A program made the translations under genes and the position numbers. DNA of 64,000 nucleotides from a virus, in IMG/VR virus record IMGVR_UViG_3300020442_000009, positions 61,910-125,909 of that record; one strand, given 5' to 3'. Every line of letters starts with the position of its first letter. Within the stretch, counting starts at the first letter, position 1. A model generated the notes under the pieces. It was given only the letters and a program-made list of their open reading frames with translations. It was not told the DNA's origin and did no database searches. Positions 36,168 to 46,332 of this stretch are shown one piece after another.

Positions 36168-36550
36168 TGCCCCTTTATCCTTTTAGTCATCCTGATACAG
36201 GAGAAATAAAAGATGTTTTCTTTCATATGAAAGACGAAAAAAAATATATAGATGATTCTGGTGTGGAGTGGGTTAGGGAGTTTCACTCACCTCAATTAAA
36301 CACTCAAGGATCAATAGACCCTTGGAGCAATGCTGACTTTGTTAATAAAACCAACAAAAAGGGAACTGTTGGAGAATTACTTGACAGAAGCGCAGACCTA
36401 TCAAGGCAAAGAGCTGAACAAAATGGAGGAGTAGATCCAATTAAACAGAAATACTACGAGAACTATTCCAAAACAAGAAAAGGTTCTAAGCATCCAGATC
36501 AAATGCCAAAAACTTTTGAGGATAAAAATATAAAAATAGAATTAGATTAA
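36167..36550 (+). CDS. Hypothetical protein with an FmdB-like N-terminus lacking the Cys ligands
   Basis: MPLYPF start typical of the FmdB-like phage family; TAATG coupling. Confidence 0.6.
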   Translation: MPLYPFSHPDTGEIKDVFFHMKDEKKYIDDSGVEWVREFHSPQLNTQGSIDPWSNADFVNKTNKKGTVGELLDRSADLSRQRAEQNGGVDPIKQKYYENYSKTRKGSKHPDQMPKTFEDKNIKIELD

Positions 36551-37098
36551 TGAGTCTACAAATATATAAACCAAATAAAAACAATTCTGGATTTGCTTTC
36601 AGTTTTTACATGGGCGAAGATAGAAAAACTAAAATGCCTATATTGTTTCTTAATGCAATAGCCCAGCACTCTTGGGATTCATCTAAAAGACTAGGCTCTT
36701 TTTCAGGCAATAAAGATAATCCAGATAAAAATCTAAGTATAAAGTTTAATGAATTTGAGGTCGGGTCTATTATGAGCGCCATAAGGAATAGGTTTGAATG
36801 GAGCACTTACCATTCTTTTGAGGATAATAAAACTCAAATTAGATTATCACCTTGGGATAAGGAAATTAAAGTTAGCAAAATTAATCAAAAAACTAAAGAA
36901 GCGTACGAAGAAACTCAAAAAATTCCTGCATTTGGCTTAGTTGTTACAAGAAACGGCAACCAAACTTTTAGGATAGCACTGGAGCCCGGAGAAGCTGAGT
37001 CTCTAAAAGAATTGTGTCGTTTTATCTTGGCAACTAAAAACGAAAAGGCTTGGCTAGTAAGTCAAAAATTAAGATCTTCTCAAAACAATGAATTTTAA
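36550..37098 (+). CDS. Putative Whirly/PC4-like single-stranded nucleic acid-binding protein
   Basis: By-eye match to the plant Whirly pattern: IYK, LFLNA, WD, IKFNEFEVGSIM, YH, IRLSP, FGLVV, IALEPGEAESL. Confidence 0.45.
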   Translation: MSLQIYKPNKNNSGFAFSFYMGEDRKTKMPILFLNAIAQHSWDSSKRLGSFSGNKDNPDKNLSIKFNEFEVGSIMSAIRNRFEWSTYHSFEDNKTQIRLSPWDKEIKVSKINQKTKEAYEETQKIPAFGLVVTRNGNQTFRIALEPGEAESLKELCRFILATKNEKAWLVSQKLRSSQNNEF

Positions 37099-39023
37099 TG
37101 GCTAAGAAAAAAAAGAAAAAAGTTTTAATTCATAGTAATCATTGCCGAGCTAAAACTGGCTTTGGCAAACATATGAAGCACTTAATTACATACCTTTACA
37201 ATACAGGTAAATATGATTTAGTTGAGTTTGCGAATGGTAGACCTTGGAATGATGCACAACTTTCTAGAATGCCTTGGAAAGCCATCGGTTCTTTACCTAT
37301 TGAACCTCATGTAGTTCAGCAAATTAATGCAGATCCAAATAAAGCTAGAGCTGCTGGCTATGGCCAAATGAAAATAGATGATGCAATAAAACAAGAAAAG
37401 CCTGACATATATTTAGGTATAGAAGATGTATGGGGCATGGACGGTTTCTGGAAAAAGACTTGGTGGAAAAAAATAAACTCAATAATGTGGACACCAATTG
37501 ACAGTCTGCCTTTATTGGACAAGCATACAGAATCTGCCTCAAACACATCTAATTATATTGTACAAGCTTCTTTTGCAAAAAAAGCCCTAAACGATCAAGG
37601 GCTTAATAATGTTCACTTGTTTCCAGTTCCCTTAGATCCTAAAAATTTCAATAGATTAAAAGATGATAAAAGAGAAGCTTTAAGGAAGGCTCACGGAATC
37701 CCTGTTAATGATTACATTATTGGTTTTGTGTTCAGAAACCAATTAAGAAAAAGCGTCCCAAATATGCTTGAAGGATTTAAAATATTTAAAGATAAAAATC
37801 CACACATTCAAGCTAGACTGCTTTTTCACACTCATTGGTCCGAAGGTTGGGATATACCTAGGTTACTTAAAGAGAAAGGGATTGATCCCTCCTTAGTTTT
37901 AACTACATATTATTGTGATAATTGTAAGAATTATCAAATAAAAGCATTCACTGGTCAAGATTTAGATTGCCCCTTTTGTGGTTCAAAAAAATCTCAACAA
38001 ACTGCCCAAATAACAAGAGGGGTGAATGAAAAGCAATTAAATGAGATCTATAATTTAATGGATGTATATTGTCACCCTTTTACCAGCGGCGGTCAAGAGA
38101 TACCAATCCAAGAAGCTAAACTTAATGAAATAATAACTTTAGTTACTGACTATTCTTGTGGAGAAGATTATTCTTCAGAGGAAAGTGGAGGTCTACCCTT
38201 AAAATGGACTGAATACAGAGAGCCCGGAACTCAATTCATAAAAGCATCGACAGACTCTGAACATATTGCCGAACAGCTATCTAAAGTCTATGAAATGCCA
38301 GAAAAAGAGAAAGCTGAAATGGGTAAAAAAGCTAGAGATTTTACTATAGATTTTTGCTCTATTGACTCAGTATGCTCTCAATTTGAAGAACTGATTGATA
38401 AAATGGAGCCAACATCTTGGGATTTTGATTTTTCATATGTTCAGAAAAACCCAAGTTACAACCCCCCTGAGATACAAGATGACAGAGAGTGGATAATAGA
38501 TTTGTACAAAAATATACTAAAGTCTGAAGATGTAGAAAAAGAAGACTCGCAAGGCATTGATCACTGGATCAGAAGACTACAGACGGACTTAAATAGGCAG
38601 CAGGTTATTGATTATTTTAGAAAGGTTGCACAGAAAGATAACCTTGAGAATAATAAAATTCCATTTGAAGATATCTTAGATAAAGATGATGATGGAAAAA
38701 GAATACTATTTGTTCTCCCTGAGAACGAAAATGATATCTTTTTATCTACATCATTATTGAAATCAATAAAAGATAATAATCCGGACTGTAATATATATTA
38801 TGCCACAAAGCCTGAGTATTTTGAAATACTTTACGGTAATGAAAATATTCACAAAATGATTAACTATGATCCTATCATGGAGAACATTCCTTGGTCAACA
38901 GGGCAAGGCTCCCATAAAGGTTATTTTAAATTTGTAGTAACTCCTCACACCAATACTCATAAGTTTAATAATTTTTCTCACTCAGATGCAAACCCATTAA
39001 TGTTTGAAGTATGCACAAATTAG
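37098..39023 (+). CDS. Multidomain GT4-like glycosyltransferase with Zn-ribbon insertion and C-terminal GT9-like segment
   Basis: TGFG, FVFRNQLRK, CDNC..CPFC insertion, LNEIYNLMDVY.HP..GGQEIPIQEA; C-terminal DIFLST..LKSIK..IYYATKPEY. Confidence 0.8.
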   Translation: MAKKKKKKVLIHSNHCRAKTGFGKHMKHLITYLYNTGKYDLVEFANGRPWNDAQLSRMPWKAIGSLPIEPHVVQQINADPNKARAAGYGQMKIDDAIKQEKPDIYLGIEDVWGMDGFWKKTWWKKINSIMWTPIDSLPLLDKHTESASNTSNYIVQASFAKKALNDQGLNNVHLFPVPLDPKNFNRLKDDKREALRKAHGIPVNDYIIGFVFRNQLRKSVPNMLEGFKIFKDKNPHIQARLLFHTHWSEGWDIPRLLKEKGIDPSLVLTTYYCDNCKNYQIKAFTGQDLDCPFCGSKKSQQTAQITRGVNEKQLNEIYNLMDVYCHPFTSGGQEIPIQEAKLNEIITLVTDYSCGEDYSSEESGGLPLKWTEYREPGTQFIKASTDSEHIAEQLSKVYEMPEKEKAEMGKKARDFTIDFCSIDSVCSQFEELIDKMEPTSWDFDFSYVQKNPSYNPPEIQDDREWIIDLYKNILKSEDVEKEDSQGIDHWIRRLQTDLNRQQVIDYFRKVAQKDNLENNKIPFEDILDKDDDGKRILFVLPENENDIFLSTSLLKSIKDNNPDCNIYYATKPEYFEILYGNENIHKMINYDPIMENIPWSTGQGSHKGYFKFVVTPHTNTHKFNNFSHSDANPLMFEVCTN

Positions 39024-40159
39024 AAAGTTTCTCCCTATCAGCTAATGCAAAAATTGGAAAACCCTCAATAGAAGAGTTTTTCTTTCCTATACTTGAAGAT
39101 AAGTTTATATGTGTTAGCACATACTCAGATGAAGGCGCAAAATCTTATGATTATTTTGATGATGTAATTTTTCACATAAAACCTTTTCTAGATAAAAATG
39201 GAATCAGTATACTACAAGTAGGTAAACCAAAAGACAGAAATTTATTTTATTGTAAACCATATTTAAATACAAATAGATTACATAGTTCTTATATTATTAA
39301 TAAAAGTTTATTATATTTTGGTAATTATAATTTGTATACAAATATTGCATCTTATAAAAATAAGAAAATTGTTTGCCCTATTAATATCGAATACTCTAAT
39401 TCTATATTTCCTTATTGGAGCAATGAAGATAATTGCAAATTTATTCAGTCAAACCCAGACAATATAAAACCATCTCTATCAGTTGAAGAAGTTAATAAAA
39501 CAATTAATGAAGTAAAGCCTGAAGTTATAGCTTGTCAGATATTAGATTTTCTAAATATAAAACATGACTTAAACAAGTTGGAAACAATTCATATTGGAAA
39601 ACATTATGCAAATCAGCTAACAGAAGTTGTTCCGTTTTCCGGTTTTGACCCCAATACTCAGATAGGAGAAGATATAGTTTTGAGGTTAGATAAATCAACA
39701 AATATAGAATCTCTTCCATCAATTGCTCACAAAAGAAAATTAAGTGTTGTTATTAGAGACAATATTGACATTAATGTATTAAAGATGATATCTCAATCAA
39801 TATCTAGAATTACATACTTTGTTACAAATAAAACAAAACTTGATGAAATCACAAGTCTATCATCAATAGGAAAGCCCTTAGCTCTTGTATCAGAAGATAA
39901 AAAAAATATAAATAAAATTAGATTAAAATTTATAGATTATGATATAGGTTTAATTAATAAATTAAATAAGTCGGATTGTGGAATTAAAAAAGTTACAAAA
40001 GACATGCAATTCCTTAGTCGAAAGAACATTGTTTCAAACAGTCAAATATATAATTCTTATTTATCTGAGTCAAAATCTCAAAACACTACAAAAGTAGAAG
40101 ACAACCCTTTGCTCTGGGAAGACTCACATCACATAAGAATCTTTAAAAATAAAGCTTGA
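39011..40159 (+). CDS. Degenerate GT9/heptosyltransferase-like GT-B protein
   Basis: KSYDYF, ILQVG, YIINKSLLYFG, INEVKPEVI pattern. Confidence 0.5.
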   Translation: MHKLESFSLSANAKIGKPSIEEFFFPILEDKFICVSTYSDEGAKSYDYFDDVIFHIKPFLDKNGISILQVGKPKDRNLFYCKPYLNTNRLHSSYIINKSLLYFGNYNLYTNIASYKNKKIVCPINIEYSNSIFPYWSNEDNCKFIQSNPDNIKPSLSVEEVNKTINEVKPEVIACQILDFLNIKHDLNKLETIHIGKHYANQLTEVVPFSGFDPNTQIGEDIVLRLDKSTNIESLPSIAHKRKLSVVIRDNIDINVLKMISQSISRITYFVTNKTKLDEITSLSSIGKPLALVSEDKKNINKIRLKFIDYDIGLINKLNKSDCGIKKVTKDMQFLSRKNIVSNSQIYNSYLSESKSQNTTKVEDNPLLWEDSHHIRIFKNKA

Positions 40160-40184
40160 CATTTTATTTTAGTTTTGGTATTAT
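40156..40184 (+). promoter_or_regulatory. sigma70-type promoter, leaderless
   Basis: TTGACA-17 nt-TATTAT with TG extension, 6 nt before ATG 40191. Confidence 0.75.
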
Positions 40185-40190
40185 ATAGGC

Positions 40191-40964
40191 ATGCCAAGAA
40201 AAAAACAAACAGAAGAAACTAGTTCCGTAGATAATTCAATAGGCCCAAATCTTTTCCAAAGAGACGAAAATGGATTATTGAAAAATATTCAATATGATTT
40301 CAATGAAGATGGGTCAGTTAATTGGAGATCTATGATTAGAGAAGAGTATTTGTTTCCAAATAAGTCTTGGTTTGAATTGAGAAAAAAAGATGTGCCTAGA
40401 AGTATTGATGGATTAAAAGATCACCAGCTTCTAATTAAACTTGGGGGTATTAAAGAACTTGCTAGACTTAGGGGTTTTACTGCCGTTCATTTCTATACAG
40501 AAAAATGTGAAGCAGATCATGTTGCTGTTACTTGCACTATTGATTTTATTAAAAATTACGAGACAGGAGAGAGTGTATCTTTTCAGGATATGGCAAATGC
40601 TACAGTAGAAAATACAAGTAGTTTTGCAAAAAAGTTTTTAGAGACTATTGCCTGTAACAGAGCATTTGTAAGATGTGTCAGAAATTTCCTTAATGTTCAT
40701 ATTGTAGGAGATGATGAAATTGACAAGTCTGACACTAAGCAAGCTAGTTCTGCTCCTGCTTCTATGTCTCCAATTAGTTTTCTTAAGGGTGTACTTCAAG
40801 ACAAGTATGGAGCTAAAGAATATGAAGAGTTTCTTGATATTATTAGACCTATACACAAAGAAGGTAAATTAGAAAAAATATCTGTAGATACTATTAAAAG
40901 TTGGAAAAGTTTTGATGATATATCTGCAAAGGATGCAAGAATTTTATTAGGTGTATTAAAGTAG
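40191..40964 (+). CDS. Putative single-strand annealing recombinase (Rad52/ERF-like)
   Basis: IKLGGIKELARLRG, beta-strand core, then FLETIACNRAFVRCVRNFLNV..GDDEI, resembling the Rad52-superfamily helix. Confidence 0.55.
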   Translation: MPRKKQTEETSSVDNSIGPNLFQRDENGLLKNIQYDFNEDGSVNWRSMIREEYLFPNKSWFELRKKDVPRSIDGLKDHQLLIKLGGIKELARLRGFTAVHFYTEKCEADHVAVTCTIDFIKNYETGESVSFQDMANATVENTSSFAKKFLETIACNRAFVRCVRNFLNVHIVGDDEIDKSDTKQASSAPASMSPISFLKGVLQDKYGAKEYEEFLDIIRPIHKEGKLEKISVDTIKSWKSFDDISAKDARILLGVLK

Positions 40965-43487
40965 CCTATCAAAGTCTCCATCTTTTTGGCCGGGACCTTC
41001 TACAAAAGTTATTCCAACCCCTTTATTTGCATTTAATTCGTCAAACCTAATAGCCTTACCTTCATCACCATCATTAGGGTCTTCTATTATTGGAGGTTGT
41101 CTTACTATCATAAGATCTTTAGTGTTTCTTTGAATACAGTTGCACCCTCTTAGCTGCTCATCTAAACCATTCCATTCTTTGGCAAAATTTCTCTTCATCA
41201 CTCTGCCCCAAGCTCCCGCATCAGGGGTATGTTTTTTATCCCAAAAAATGCCCTTGTCTTTATCGCCTTTCTCAAACCACTCATCACTTTTAAATGGAGC
41301 CTTGTCTCCAAAAATATCATATTTAGTTATTACATTTGCACCCCAAACAAAAGTTCCTATTTGAAAAGAAAAATAAACAGATAAATTTGTATTAGCAAAA
41401 TCCTTATTATTTAAACCTGCACGAGAATTAAGTTTATATGTTTTTGTAAATTTCGTTCCGCCTCCCTGAGCATTACTCCAGCCTCCTAAAGTTGGAGAAC
41501 CTACAGGCCCTTCTCTTCCAAAATATTTATTATCCTTGTGAGAAACCTCAGATATAGGAAAATGAAATTTTGGAGCACTTACATCGCCATCAAAAGAAGC
41601 TGGTAGTTCAGCAACTAATTGAATCTCTGTTCCTTCTCCATAATCCCAGCACCAATAATCAGACTCTGGATTAAAATCAGCTTGATGAGGAGGTTTACTT
41701 TTTATTGTTATTCTTACATTTGGGCATAAGCTTCTAAAACTCATGTACATAGCTCTCTGAGTCCAAGGTATAATGTTCGCTCCAAGACCCACCATAGGGC
41801 TAATTTTTAAACTATTAGTTTCGTTGGTATCATTGTTCGTGGCAGGGTGAAGACCATTTGCATCATTTTGAATTTCAATTTCCACAGGTTGCGCCGGAGC
41901 GGGTGGAGCTAAATATTTATATTTATCTAAATTTTCATTTCTAGTCACAGTTCCATATGCATACAGAGAACTTCCATCTATACTACCATAGTCTATTTCT
42001 ATGGTAGCAGGTAGATAGTTTGTTGGAGCTTTAGAATGTATTTTTATACTGTTCTTTTTTGGTGAAGCAAAAACAAATGAGCTATCATCATTTTGACTTG
42101 CTCCTATTGGCCCCGTGTTTTCTTTTGCTGCTCCAGCAACTCTTAATTTTTCTGGATCAACAGGCAAGAATGGTTGTTCTAAAACTTTAACTTTAGGTCT
42201 TCTGCCATAATCTCCAAAAAAAGCTCCATCTGTTAGAGTTTTTGGTAAAGGAACTTCAACCTCTTGTCCTACAAAAGCACTGCTTGGACCAACTTTTCCA
42301 TCACCAAAATGCACTGATCTTGGGATATCTATACCAATTTTACCATCATATTTTTTTGTATTTCTGGAGCATTGAATAAAAGTAGTTCCTGCTGTATATA
42401 AATCTGGCGCATTTTCTTCGTTTTGACCTTTTGTTTTTGCAATTGATTCAGCTTTTACACTTGTATTAGAGGCGGCAGTTTTAGCGTTTTCGTTATCGCA
42501 GTCACAGATAGAAAAATCACTTCCTACATTTCTGCTTATATAATATCTTTCCATAAGAGAGATATCTTGACCCACTGGTAAAAAGTTTGTTCTAAATTCT
42601 AATATACCCTTTGCATCATCTGCACTAAACGGCATTTCATATCTATTTGGATTGCCCTCCCAAGTAAAACTATCAGTTTGATTTCCAAATTGAGCACTGT
42701 GTTGCGGGCCGTTGATTGGTTTCATTTTATTCCAATCATAGCAATGACTAGCCATTACATTCATAACCCAATATCTAATACAAGAAGCTTGATCCATCAC
42801 CGAAAAATAAGTTGCTCCAACTTTGTTTGCAGAAAACTCAAAAGTATGAGATCCTTCTCCATATTTTCTTTCAAATATCATTTTTTTTCCAGCAGCTATT
42901 TGACCGGGGACTTCATCTTTTAACCAAGGAACAAAAAAACCATCTGTAGGGTTAGCTGATTCAGTTAACCTTCTATTCACGATTGGTCTTGTGGCTCCAC
43001 CTAAATTTTTATTAGATGCATTAACAGTTCTAGTCATTCCAAATCCACCAAAAAACTGAACTTTTATTTTATTACCAACAGGAACATCAAAACCTTGCAC
43101 ATTAGGTGGAAGAGGACCCAAAACAACAGGTCCGGTACAATTTCCTAAAGTCATACCCCTAAATGTAGTTTTAGAAATAGGTAAACCAAAGCCTCCTATT
43201 TGAGTGATAGTCAGAGGAGATACAATATTCTCCAAAACACACGGATCTAGACATCTTAAAGATATTCTTAAGTCTCCAATTAATTCGCCACAAGAGTCTA
43301 TTTGTGTGTGATCAGCCTGTATCCATATATATTTTAAACCATTGCCTCTCCAGTATGTATTTTCTACAAAATCTACACCACCAATTGTGTTCTTCTTAGG
43401 AACATAACTCCAACTGTGTATATAATGATATTGATTAGGCCCACAGCATCTATCATTAGCTTTATATATTAAAAATTTCTTGGCCAT
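40956..43487 (-). CDS. Large Cys-containing hypothetical protein, probably structural
   Basis: 843 aa, end of the minus-strand structural block; GTGTA motif 14 nt upstream. Confidence 0.8.
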   Translation of the reverse strand: MAKKFLIYKANDRCCGPNQYHYIHSWSYVPKKNTIGGVDFVENTYWRGNGLKYIWIQADHTQIDSCGELIGDLRISLRCLDPCVLENIVSPLTITQIGGFGLPISKTTFRGMTLGNCTGPVVLGPLPPNVQGFDVPVGNKIKVQFFGGFGMTRTVNASNKNLGGATRPIVNRRLTESANPTDGFFVPWLKDEVPGQIAAGKKMIFERKYGEGSHTFEFSANKVGATYFSVMDQASCIRYWVMNVMASHCYDWNKMKPINGPQHSAQFGNQTDSFTWEGNPNRYEMPFSADDAKGILEFRTNFLPVGQDISLMERYYISRNVGSDFSICDCDNENAKTAASNTSVKAESIAKTKGQNEENAPDLYTAGTTFIQCSRNTKKYDGKIGIDIPRSVHFGDGKVGPSSAFVGQEVEVPLPKTLTDGAFFGDYGRRPKVKVLEQPFLPVDPEKLRVAGAAKENTGPIGASQNDDSSFVFASPKKNSIKIHSKAPTNYLPATIEIDYGSIDGSSLYAYGTVTRNENLDKYKYLAPPAPAQPVEIEIQNDANGLHPATNNDTNETNSLKISPMVGLGANIIPWTQRAMYMSFRSLCPNVRITIKSKPPHQADFNPESDYWCWDYGEGTEIQLVAELPASFDGDVSAPKFHFPISEVSHKDNKYFGREGPVGSPTLGGWSNAQGGGTKFTKTYKLNSRAGLNNKDFANTNLSVYFSFQIGTFVWGANVITKYDIFGDKAPFKSDEWFEKGDKDKGIFWDKKHTPDAGAWGRVMKRNFAKEWNGLDEQLRGCNCIQRNTKDLMIVRQPPIIEDPNDGDEGKAIRFDELNANKGVGITFVEGPGQKDGDFDRLL

Positions 43488-43501
43488 AATATTATATACA
43501 C
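43488..43501 (-). promoter_or_regulatory. GTGTA upstream motif
   Basis: GTGTATATAATATT-ATG fills almost the whole intergenic gap. Confidence 0.7.
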
Positions 43502-43502
43502 A

Positions 43503-46331
43503 TTAACAATCAGGGCCTGTTGGATAATCGTATCCCGGAAACGGTATTGCATCTCCATCACTTGTTGTTTGTTCAAAAAAGTTAAATTCACAAACAAGTG
43601 GCTCTGTAGGAGTTCTAGTCACAGAAGGTGTTGGAGTTGGGGTTGGAGTATTACTTGGACTAGTTGTTGGGGTTGGAGTTGGAGTTGAGGTTGGAGTTGG
43701 AGTAGATGTAGAGGTTGGAGTTGGAGTTGGAGTTATTGTTGGTGTAGGTGTTTGACTAATAGAAATAGTGCAAGTTGCAGTTGGAGTCAAACTCATCGTA
43801 GGACTCGGAGTTACAGTTATTGTTGGAGTCGGGGTTTGAGTTGGGGGAGGAGTTACTGAGGGGGTAGGGGTTATACTAGGAGTTGGAGTCCTAGATGAAT
43901 CTGGACTAGTTGTTGGGGTTGGGGTTCTTGAGTGTGATGGGGTTATTGATATTGTAGGCGTAGGAGTTTGAGTGGGTGTAGGCGTAGGAGTAGATGTAGG
44001 TGTAGGAGTTTGAGTAGATGTAGGTGTTACTGTAGATGTTGGAGTAACTGTAGGTGTTGGTGTCCTAGAAGGTGGCGGACTTGGTGTTGCAGTAGGAGTT
44101 GTACTATTTGATGGAGTCGGCTGGGGACTTGGAGTATTTGATGGAGAGGGCTCTGGTTTACATATTTTATTATCACAAAAACCATCTAAGTCATTCCATC
44201 TGTTTGGTAAATATTGATACGGTAGAACAATCTCTCCATTGGGCCTTTCAACCCTTTCAAATGTATAACAACCATCTACTATTTCATAATCTTTTTTCTC
44301 CGTAGACTTTTTATATACATATTGAACTAAATTTCCGCTGATTACATTCCAAGGCGAAGCTAGGTGAGCCGGAGGCTGCTTATATTTATACTTTTGCCTC
44401 TCTGTCTCATATATAGTAAAAGCCTCCCCGGTGGATAAGCCACTTAAATAATATGTATAATTTTTATATTCTATTGGGAAAAAGTCTTGGTCTTTCTCGC
44501 TAACCACAGATCCCTCACCCAAATGAGATAAGTTAAATAAACCAGTTAGAGAATAATCATAAAAAGGATGATATTCTACATAAAAAACAACTCTACCATC
44601 ATCAACATAATATTCTGGATTACATCTCGTAACTTTCCATACGGGAGGTTCAATTATTTTCCTGTCTGAATACTCTCTTGGTTCTCCCCCTAGCATTAAT
44701 TTACCATCAACCATTAAGCTATCTTTTACATCTTTATATTTAGTATCTTGTAAGTCTATTCCGTATTGAAACTTTACATAATCAAATTTCTGAGTTAATG
44801 CTGCATGAAACAGATCACATGCTTCTTTTGAGTTCCAATTAATTGTAGCAGGAACAATCCCTTCGGGTATCACAACTGGCTCATTTGGGGGCTGACTAAA
44901 AGGATTTCTTGCAGGTGCATTGTCGGATATAAAAAAACATAAATCTATAAACTGGTTTCTAAATCCGGGAATTAGTGTTTTTTCTGTATTGGCTTGAAAA
45001 TATTCTAAATCTACCCTACTAAAATGCATAGCATTTCCGTCAGTATCAACCGCCACAGCCATATCAGAGCTACCCCTAGATGCTGCTACATATGAAGAGT
45101 TGTATTTTGCTATAGCTAATTGCTTAATAACATCATACTGACTAGGCACGACTAGGTCAACCACTAAATTTTGCTTTTCTAGAATTTCATAAAAACTTTG
45201 AACTCTAAAAAGTTTATCAAAATTATCAGTTCCACCCTTAAATCTTACTTTTGCAAGACCATCATTTATTGGATCTAAAACTTTACCATGATTAATTGGG
45301 TCTTCTTGTAGCATGTCCCAAAAAGTTAAACCAGTTTTTCCCTTATATGAAAACCCTCCCAAGTAACTCTGCAAATAACTTAATGCTAAAGAAAATTGCC
45401 ATCCCGACTCAGGTGACCTTATATCATTTTTTATAAAATCGTCCTCAATGATTGGGAAGAAATTTCTAGTTTGAGTATTTTTAAAAAACTCATTGTCTAA
45501 AAATTTAAAATCCCTTATTTTCCCTTCGTGTTGATGACCTTCTTCATATATATCAAACACACAACAATTCAACATTATATTTATTATTACCTCACCATTG
45601 TATCTTATATTAGGTTTCGTACTGTTTTTCAGCTTTAATGCTCCGGGTAAAGGCTGAACACCTCCAACCGGGTGGCTTACAGCTCTACCAAAAGGTAGGT
45701 ATCCTGCTTGAGGCAAGCTTACTTGATAAACTTTATGAAAATTACTTTCTAATGAATTAACTGGATAAATTTCTATTTCATTCTTTCCCTCATTTTTGTA
45801 GAATTTTGATAAAAATTTAATATCTCTACTTTGTTTAACAAAAATTTCTTTTGTTAGCCTATTAGCTAATTTAGATATAACCTCAAAAGCTGCTTTTTGA
45901 TTTGCATAAGGAAAATCACTAAAAGCTTTTGTGCTTCCATCCTCCATGTGAATATGACTATGCATATTCCAATCTAATGTTGACTCAAAAGGGTAATATA
46001 ATTCTTTTCCTTGAGCATACAAGTTTTTCAAATTAAAAGTAGAAAATACTTGGCCTGCTTTTTTTGTAGGATCAGCTCCGTCAGCTTCACTAAACCCAAC
46101 TTTTGCCGCATGTGCTTGAGCTGCTTGGTATTCTAACCACAACGGCACTGAAGCAGAAAAAACTGAAGCATCAGTTTGAGATATATCTCCATCTTTATTA
46201 AAATCCCAAACATTAGGATCAAAGATATCTTGAGAACCGCCAGCGCTTTCCTTGTCATAAAAAACAACAGGCTCAGGGCCTTCTATATCGGGCTTTACAA
46301 ATTTTATTTGCAATCTTTTCTTTTCTGCCAT
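43503..46331 (-). CDS. Putative virion protein with EF-hand/dockerin-like motif and C-terminal mucin-like Thr-Pro tract
   Basis: WDFNKDGDISQTD near the N-terminus; T/P/S tract encoded at about 43600-44155; likelier start ATG 46331, 1 nt after the upstream stop. Confidence 0.8.
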   Translation of the reverse strand: MAEKKRLQIKFVKPDIEGPEPVVFYDKESAGGSQDIFDPNVWDFNKDGDISQTDASVFSASVPLWLEYQAAQAHAAKVGFSEADGADPTKKAGQVFSTFNLKNLYAQGKELYYPFESTLDWNMHSHIHMEDGSTKAFSDFPYANQKAAFEVISKLANRLTKEIFVKQSRDIKFLSKFYKNEGKNEIEIYPVNSLESNFHKVYQVSLPQAGYLPFGRAVSHPVGGVQPLPGALKLKNSTKPNIRYNGEVIINIMLNCCVFDIYEEGHQHEGKIRDFKFLDNEFFKNTQTRNFFPIIEDDFIKNDIRSPESGWQFSLALSYLQSYLGGFSYKGKTGLTFWDMLQEDPINHGKVLDPINDGLAKVRFKGGTDNFDKLFRVQSFYEILEKQNLVVDLVVPSQYDVIKQLAIAKYNSSYVAASRGSSDMAVAVDTDGNAMHFSRVDLEYFQANTEKTLIPGFRNQFIDLCFFISDNAPARNPFSQPPNEPVVIPEGIVPATINWNSKEACDLFHAALTQKFDYVKFQYGIDLQDTKYKDVKDSLMVDGKLMLGGEPREYSDRKIIEPPVWKVTRCNPEYYVDDGRVVFYVEYHPFYDYSLTGLFNLSHLGEGSVVSEKDQDFFPIEYKNYTYYLSGLSTGEAFTIYETERQKYKYKQPPAHLASPWNVISGNLVQYVYKKSTEKKDYEIVDGCYTFERVERPNGEIVLPYQYLPNRWNDLDGFCDNKICKPEPSPSNTPSPQPTPSNSTTPTATPSPPPSRTPTPTVTPTSTVTPTSTQTPTPTSTPTPTPTQTPTPTISITPSHSRTPTPTTSPDSSRTPTPSITPTPSVTPPPTQTPTPTITVTPSPTMSLTPTATCTISISQTPTPTITPTPTPTSTSTPTPTSTPTPTPTTSPSNTPTPTPTPSVTRTPTEPLVCEFNFFEQTTSDGDAIPFPGYDYPTGPDC

Positions 46332-46332
46332 A

